Positions 59,419 through 64,000 of a stretch of 64,000 nt of DNA are shown here, one piece after another. This DNA is from Phycisphaerae bacterium. Its GTDB lineage: Bacteria; Planctomycetota; Phycisphaerae; SM23-33. The notes beneath the pieces are model-generated. The model ran no database searches, was not told where the DNA came from, and saw only the letters and a program-made list of their open reading frames with translations. Position 1 is the stretch's first letter, and the number at the start of each line of letters is the position of its first letter. A program made the translations under genes and the position numbers. The stretch lies in assembly GCA_016929245.1 (NCBI GenBank), contig JAFGJE010000233.1:1883-65882 (forward strand), written 5' to 3'.

Positions 59419-59646
59419 GGGAGGGAAGTTCCTGTAGGAAGGATGCTAGCAAAAAGCCCCCCAATGGGCAAGTTGCGCCACAATCTGTTTTTTGACCACA
59501 GAGGCACAGGGGACACAGAGTCAAGAAGGCAGAAGATAGAAGCTGGGAGTTAGAATTCGTCCGCTTATTCAGAGCTCAATATGAAGCTCCCGGCTTCTAA
59601 CTTCTTGTTTTCCTCCGTGATCTCTGTGCCTCTGTGGTTAAAGTTT

Positions 59647-61056
59647 TTATTGCGGCGCGTGCATGTACCCCGGGGCCGCCTGCACGAAGCGGGTGCATTC
59701 CGGGCGGAAGACCAGGTCCACGATCCCCGTCGGGCCGTTTCGCTGTTTTTCGATTATCAATTTCGTCAGGCCCGTCGCTTCGTAGGTGTCCTCACCGCGG
59801 TGATAATAATCCTCGTTGTGCAGCAGCGCCACGACGTCGGCGTCCTGCTCGATCGATCCCGATTCCCGCAGGTCGCTCATGCGCGGCACGTGCGTGGGGC
59901 GGTCGGCTGGGCCTCGGTTGAGCTGGGCCGCCAGCACCACCGGGATATCCAGTTCGCGCGCCAGGGCCTTCATCGAACGGCTCATCGTGGCGATCTGTTC
60001 CTGGCGGTTGTCCGCCCGGCCGTAATAGGTCATCAACTGAAGATAGTCGATAAACACCGCCTGGATGTCGAATTGGCTTTTCATGCGCCGGGCTTTGGCG
60101 CGAAGTTGCAGCGGGGTCAGCGTGGAGGAATCGTCGATCAGCAGCGGCGCCTGCTCCAGCGCTCCCGCGGCCGTCTGAAGCTCCGTCCAGTCCTCCGGGG
60201 AAATCGTCGTCCGGCGCAGATTCCGCAGATTGAATTGCGCATGGCTGGCGAGCAGTCGCTGGGTAACCTGCATCTTGGACATTTCCAGCGAGAAAAACGC
60301 GATGGGCCGTTTGTCCACCACGGACATGTATTCGGAAATGTTCAGCAGCAGCGCGGTTTTGCCCATGGAAGGCCGAGCCGCCAGGATGATCATTTCGCCG
60401 CGCTGGAACCCAGCCGTCAGTTCATCCAGTTGCGTGAACCCGGTCGCCAGGCCGGTGATGGCTTTGCCTTCGTGCTCCTGGAGAAGCTCGAACGTCGAAT
60501 GCAGCAGTTCCTTCAGGCTGGTCGTTTCTCCGGTGATCTGCTGCTGGGCGATCTCGAAGATCTGCTGCTCCGCGCGGTCGACGACGGCCTGGGCTTCGTC
60601 GGGCGAGTCGTAGGCCTCCTCCAGGATATCCCGGCTGACGCGAATCAGGCTTCGCAGAAGGGCCTTGTCGCGGACGATGGCGGCGTAGTATTCGACGTTG
60701 CTTACCCCCGGCACGCCTTCGGCGACGGTGACGAGATACTCCACGCCCCCGACGGCATCGAGCTGTTTCGTGCGTTCCAGTTCCGCGCGCAGGGAGACCA
60801 GGTCGATGGGTTTACCCCGGTCGCGCATCGTCAGGAGGGTGTCGTAGAGGATCACGTGCGCTGGGCAGTGGAAGTATTCGCTTCGGAGAAACTGCACGAC
60901 GACGTCGATGCAGACGGCGTCGAGGATCATCGCACCCAGGACGCAGGCTTCGGCTTCCACGGAACTGGGCACGACGCGGGCCAGTTCGTCGTCGAGGCGC
61001 ACCGGAGCCCGATCCGATGTGTATTGCCCAGTCGATTGGATGTCCATAGCCATCAA
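59647..61056 (-). CDS. dnaB: replicative DNA helicase DnaB
   Basis: N-terminal ...SVEAEACVLGAMILD.... Walker A ...ARPSMGKTALLLNI.... RecA-like C-terminal domain. The antisense 558-aa track ORF is rejected. Confidence 0.95.
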   Translation of the reverse strand: MMAMDIQSTGQYTSDRAPVRLDDELARVVPSSVEAEACVLGAMILDAVCIDVVVQFLRSEYFHCPAHVILYDTLLTMRDRGKPIDLVSLRAELERTKQLDAVGGVEYLVTVAEGVPGVSNVEYYAAIVRDKALLRSLIRVSRDILEEAYDSPDEAQAVVDRAEQQIFEIAQQQITGETTSLKELLHSTFELLQEHEGKAITGLATGFTQLDELTAGFQRGEMIILAARPSMGKTALLLNISEYMSVVDKRPIAFFSLEMSKMQVTQRLLASHAQFNLRNLRRTTISPEDWTELQTAAGALEQAPLLIDDSSTLTPLQLRAKARRMKSQFDIQAVFIDYLQLMTYYGRADNRQEQIATMSRSMKALARELDIPVVLAAQLNRGPADRPTHVPRMSDLRESGSIEQDADVVALLHNEDYYHRGEDTYEATGLTKLIIEKQRNGPTGIVDLVFRPECTRFVQAAPGYMHAPQ

Positions 61057-61245
61057 GCGCCCTCCGTAGCATCAACATTCCGTCGGATCAGCCATTCCCT
61101 CGTGGACGTCACCGGCGGGGAGATTTCTCTTTTGTTGTTATTGAACGAAGACACTACGATATTCGCATCCGACGAAAATTGCAAGAACTCCATAGTCCAT
61201 CGCGGGAAGAAAGTGAGTGAGAATCTCTATTGTGAGTACCCTATA

Positions 61246-61341
61246 CTGTCATCCTGAGCGGAGCGAAGCGGAGTCGAAAGACCTTACGCCCACCTACCCG
61301 TGAGGTCCTTCGACTCCGCTGCGCTCCGCTCAGGATGACAG
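61246..61341. repeat. large palindromic repeat element, copy 2 (CTGTCATCCTGAGCGGAGCGAAGCGGAGTCGAA ... TTCGACTCCGCTGCGCTCCGCTCAGGATGACAG)
   Basis: 33-bp arms with one mismatch around a ~30-nt centre. Same TGTCATCCTGAGCG termini as the element at 3105-3227. Sits in the divergent dnaB / DUF721 intergenic region. Confidence 0.6.
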
Positions 61342-61491
61342 CGAGAACGCGTTAATCCTTCCTGGCGATTCCATTTACGCTTTCTTCTTGACCGTGCCGA
61401 TATTTCTGATATCCTCCCTTCCTGAGCAGTTCGGGCGGTTGGAACGGGTTGTTTTTCGTGAAACCCCCGTTATTTTCGGGAGACGCCTGTC

Positions 61492-61875
61492 ATGGACGAC
61501 GCACAACTTCAGACCATCTGGCAGCAGCGACGGGTGGATTCCGGCGCGACTCCGCTGGGGGCGGTTCTGGGTGCGTTCATGAAGCATCACCTCGGCCGGC
61601 GCGTCAAACAGTTGAGCGAACTGGCGATTCTCTGGGACGAAATCATCCCCGCCGACCTTCGTCGCCACACCGCGCTGGACCATTTTCAACGCGGGGTATT
61701 GACGGTGATGGTGGACTCTGCCTCCCATCGTTTCCAATTGCAAACCCTTCTGCGCGACGGATTGCTTAAGGCGATTCGGCAACGATTCACCGGCGCGTTG
61801 GATCGAATCCGCCTTGTTCCGGGGCAATTCTACACCGTCGACGCGGAAACCGGCCGACAACGCTACGAAGTGTAA
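61492..61875 (+). CDS. DUF721-domain protein (DciA-like putative replicative-helicase loader)
   Basis: ...AILWDEIIPADLRRHTALDHFQRGVLTVMVDSASHRFQLQTLLRDGLLKAIRQRF...DRIRL matches the DUF721 consensus (W.EvvG...a.ht.p..l.dGvL.V.vdSs.w..eL...). The antisense track ORF 61375-62007 is rejected. Confidence 0.6.
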   Translation: MDDAQLQTIWQQRRVDSGATPLGAVLGAFMKHHLGRRVKQLSELAILWDEIIPADLRRHTALDHFQRGVLTVMVDSASHRFQLQTLLRDGLLKAIRQRFTGALDRIRLVPGQFYTVDAETGRQRYEV

Positions 61876-61893
61876 GGAACGAGACGTTTTTCC

Positions 61894-61949
61894 AAACAGC
61901 GCCGCGCGGCAAGCCGATATCGATATCGGCTTACCGCGCGGCGCTGTTG
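61894..61949. repeat. conserved palindromic terminator-like element, copy 4 (variant arms CAGCGCCGCGCGGCAAGCC / GGCTTACCGCGCGGCGCTG)
   Basis: Same architecture, 12-nt loop GATATCGATATC, and trailing GTTGAAAAAA. Lies 19 bp after the DUF721 gene stop. Confidence 0.55.
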
Positions 61950-62178
61950 AAAAAATACCTCGTCGTCCCTGAAAAAGTCGTTTATGCGGCGGAAGGCGCC
62001 AGCGCAAAAGAAAGCAGCCGCGGCAGCTTTAGGGGGTTAATCTGGGGACACCATGGAATGGTCCGAGGTTAAGCGAATTGGGGTGATAAAGAAGATTTTC
62101 TTTTACGGCGAAATGAGTGGAAAACACTTAGAGCCTGTCCCCCGTTAATCCGCAGAAAACGAGATTTCCCCATATTTC

Positions 62179-62218
62179 GTTTAGGAAACCGATGCTCTAT
62201 CCTGCTGAGCTACCGGGG
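62179..62218 (-). pseudogene. partial inverted copy of the tRNA-Arg(CCT) 5' half (positions ~2-41)
   Basis: The reverse complement reads CCCCGGTAGCTCAGCAGGATAGAGCATCGGTTTCCTAAAC. This is 40/40 identical to the tRNA at 39436 up to the anticodon stem, then diverges. Confidence 0.6.
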
Positions 62219-62352
62219 CGGGTTTCTTCGTAACAATATGTTGAAGCAAGAAAGATACCACGATCTGACGGGAAATTACATCAGGAAAATCCTGCCGGCC
62301 GGTTTATGACTCTAGTAAAGATCAAATCGTAACGGGAAATGGGGAATTACAG

Positions 62353-62736
62353 ATGCCGTATTGTCAGGTAAAGGCCCGGGCGGTAAAATATTCGTGGCGA
62401 ACCGGCGGAAAGGATCCAACCGTGACCACGCAAAAATTACTTCAGGAGATTAAAACACGACTCCTCGAAACTCATGGCCGGCGTTTGCGCGGTGTGGTTT
62501 TGTATGGTTCCGAAGTACGCGGTGACGCCGGGCTTGATAGCGACGTCGATGTGTTGGTGCTTCTGGATGATCCCATCGACTATGGCCGGGATTTGGAAAC
62601 CAACCTGGATGCTCTGTATTCTCTTTCGCTGGAACTCGGGCGACGAATCAGCGCGAAGCCCGTATCGGCCCGGCAATATGAAACGATCGATTGTCCACTC
62701 TATCGGGAAGCACATCGGGAAGGTGTTGCGGCATGA
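62353..62736 (+). CDS. nucleotidyltransferase-domain protein (MNT-type antitoxin)
   Basis: ...LRGVVLYGSEVRGDAGLDSDVDVLVLLDD... is the minimal nucleotidyltransferase motif (GS-x9-13-DxD). Confidence 0.8.
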   Translation: MPYCQVKARAVKYSWRTGGKDPTVTTQKLLQEIKTRLLETHGRRLRGVVLYGSEVRGDAGLDSDVDVLVLLDDPIDYGRDLETNLDALYSLSLELGRRISAKPVSARQYETIDCPLYREAHREGVAA

Positions 62737-63116
62737 AGGAATTCGCCGCCGTGGAATGGGATCGCGCACAACGGACATTGGACTCCGCCCGACACCTTTT
62801 GGACACCGATTCTGACTCATCGGCATCATGGGCATACTATGCGGCATTTCATGCTCTCACCGCCTTGTTCGGATTGCGAGGCCAAACCTTCACAAAACAT
62901 TCGGCTCTTCGCGCCGCTCTTCATCGGGACTTGATTCAACAGGGAATCATCGAAAAAAAATTGGGCAAAGATTACGACTACCTGATGGACCTTCGCGAAA
63001 CGGGAGACTACGGGGGTGTTACACAAGTTTCCGAGGAAGATGCGCAACGGGCCATCGTAAAAGCTCAACTTGTTATCAATGCCGTTGCCGCTGCTTGTCC
63101 AGATGTAATGAAGTAG
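62733..63116 (+). CDS. HEPN-domain protein (toxin partner of the MNT gene)
   Basis: MKEFAAVEWDRAQRTLDSARHLL...SASWAYYAAFHALTALF... is an all-alpha HEPN-like fold. Start overlaps the MNT stop (ATGA). The track ORF is extended upstream to 62691. Confidence 0.7.
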   Translation: MKEFAAVEWDRAQRTLDSARHLLDTDSDSSASWAYYAAFHALTALFGLRGQTFTKHSALRAALHRDLIQQGIIEKKLGKDYDYLMDLRETGDYGGVTQVSEEDAQRAIVKAQLVINAVAAACPDVMK

Positions 63117-63342
63117 CATCTTCGATAAGTTCAACCACAAATAGATGAACGTTCCTAATGAATCCCAGAGACATGCCGGGGAATATCCTTCCATCGTCCT
63201 TTTTGATTCTTCTTGGTTCGAAATTCATCATCAAACGATTTGTTTCCTCCCGGTTCCGGAGGAACCGGAAGGCAAACCGGGATGGTTGAATTAACCGTCA
63301 CGATTTTACAGGCGTTCCTCGCCGTGTCGTTTCACCCTCTGC

Positions 63343-63372
63343 TTGTCTGCGCGATTCCCGCGGGACTATAAT
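63343..63372 (+). promoter_or_regulatory. putative sigma70 promoter TTGTCT-N18-TATAAT
   Basis: TATAAT at about 63367-63372 with TTGTCT 18 bp upstream. Precedes the twin-hairpin leader. Confidence 0.35.
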
Positions 63373-63392
63373 ATTAGAATGATAGATCGTGT

Positions 63393-63451
63393 CGCGGGCA
63401 TCTTGCCCGCGAGTGCCGAGAGCATCTTGCTCTCGGAATGGCCTTTTTTTT
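63393..63451 (+). terminator. twin hairpins with identical CAUCUUG loops followed by U8 (candidate attenuator or short sRNA terminator)
   Basis: CGCGGGcatcttgCCCGCG, then CCGAGAGcatcttgCTCTCGG, then aatggcc and TTTTTTTT (about 63444-63451). Lies 47 bp upstream of the next ATG. Confidence 0.4.
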
Positions 63452-63497
63452 CGCGGTTCTGGGGTTTGGATTGTTTGGAAACAGAAAGGGTAGTCCC

Positions 63498-64000
63498 ATG
63501 AAAAAAGTATTGATGGTGCTGGGCATTGTGTTTCTCGTGTTGATCGCGGCGGTTGTCGCCCTGATGGTCTGGGCGCACGGCGCCGGCGAGGAGCGGCAGG
63601 AGGAATTCTTCCAGGCGGCCGGAACCGGCGACCCGCAAAAACTCCTGTCCCTGTGCGATCCTGCCTTGGCGGACGACCTGGATGTTCCGGTCCTCAAGAT
63701 GTGGATGGACGGCCTGAATCGGCAGCTGGGCCCGTACAAGGGGCTCTCGAAGGCGAATTTCAGCACCTCCTCGAATACGACCAACGGAAGGAAGTTCGTC
63801 GAGAGCAAAGGGACGGCCTTGTTCGAGAAGGGCGAGGCGCAGGTGGAAATGCAAAGCGTCAACGGCAAGATCACCGCTTTCAGGGTGACCAGCGAGAAGC
63901 TTCAGCCGAAGGATTGGTTCACCAAACCGCCGGCGGAGTTTTATTATCAAAAAGGCGAAAAGATGATTACTCTCCTGCTGACGGGCAAGGAAGCCGACGC
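63498..64000 (+). CDS. membrane-anchored hypothetical protein (3' end outside window)
   Basis: AAAGGG ribosome-binding site. MKKVLMVLGIVFLVLIAAVVALMVWA (N-terminal TM), then a soluble domain. The frame is open to the window end, which is why it is absent from the ORF track. GC3-rich codon usage like the host genes. Confidence 0.55.
   Translation, partial: MKKVLMVLGIVFLVLIAAVVALMVWAHGAGEERQEEFFQAAGTGDPQKLLSLCDPALADDLDVPVLKMWMDGLNRQLGPYKGLSKANFSTSSNTTNGRKFVESKGTALFEKGEAQVEMQSVNGKITAFRVTSEKLQPKDWFTKPPAEFYYQKGEKMITLLLTGKEAD

Noticed and set aside
49721-61257. Antisense ORFs across cinA, murC, murB, ispH, tsaD, ctp and dnaB (49721-50368, 51160-52041, 52540-53328, 55135-55851, 56861-58360, 56886-58022, 57909-59018, 58393-59553, 58409-59116, 59581-61257)
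   Set aside because: They lie opposite, or out of frame to, unambiguous housekeeping genes.
61375-62007. 210-aa minus-strand ORF covering the DUF721 gene and the palindromic element
   Set aside because: The plus-strand frame matches the DUF721 consensus. The minus ORF spans a terminator-like palindrome and has no features.
1-64000. CRISPR arrays, rRNA genes, prophage structural genes
   Set aside because: No short regularly spaced direct repeats, no rRNA-like conserved stretches, and no capsid, terminase or integrase genes were seen anywhere in the window.

Overview
This is a high-GC (~60%) bacterial chromosomal segment, probably from the PVC superphylum (Planctomycetota/Verrucomicrobiota/Lentisphaerota-like). 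The guess rests on two prepilin-type 'GFTLIELLVVIAILSLL' H-X9-DG/DUF1559 proteins, a PEP-CTERM protein, and a murC-murB-ddl cluster with no fts genes after ddl.

The window is mostly housekeeping and transport genes. These include purH, ftsY, a five-gene peptide ABC importer, a malic enzyme, kdsA, cinA, murC, murB, ddl, ispH, tsaD, dnaB, a C-terminal processing (Ctp) protease, two large hybrid sensor kinases, and tRNA-Arg(CCT). A carbohydrate-related block at 0.9-8.8 kb holds a LacI regulator, a PEP-CTERM lectin-like protein, and two consecutive pseudopilin-like + secreted hydrolase pairs.

The most system-like accessory feature is a low-GC cassette of about 2 kb at 35.7-37.8 kb. It carries an HNH-type restriction endonuclease convergent with a Dam-class (D12, DPPY) N6-adenine methyltransferase. 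The cassette is bounded by perfect 55-bp direct repeats that duplicate the 3' end of an MTAP-family phosphorylase gene, which looks like insertion of a mobile restriction-modification unit with a long target duplication. An IS5/IS1182-type transposase remnant and the tRNA-Arg gene lie next to it. An inverted partial copy of the same tRNA, together with an MNT/HEPN toxin-antitoxin pair, sits at 62.2-63.1 kb.

Non-coding signals not explained by the genes:
- A four-member family of conserved 20-25-bp-stem palindromic terminator-like elements, each just downstream of a plus-strand gene.
- A two-member family of ~100-120-bp palindromes with TGTCATCCTGAGCG termini.
- A free-standing consensus sigma70 promoter plus intrinsic terminator unit (candidate ~120-nt sRNA) at 20.08-20.24 kb.
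- A promoter / twin-hairpin / U8 leader at 63.34-63.45 kb, whose hairpin recurs after the large histidine kinase.

Many long ORFs in the track are antisense shadow ORFs typical of high-GC DNA and were rejected. The ORF track writes M for GTG/TTG starts, and several real starts lie inside the listed ORFs. Coordinates of non-ORF features were located by hand against ORF anchors and may be off by 1-2 nt.
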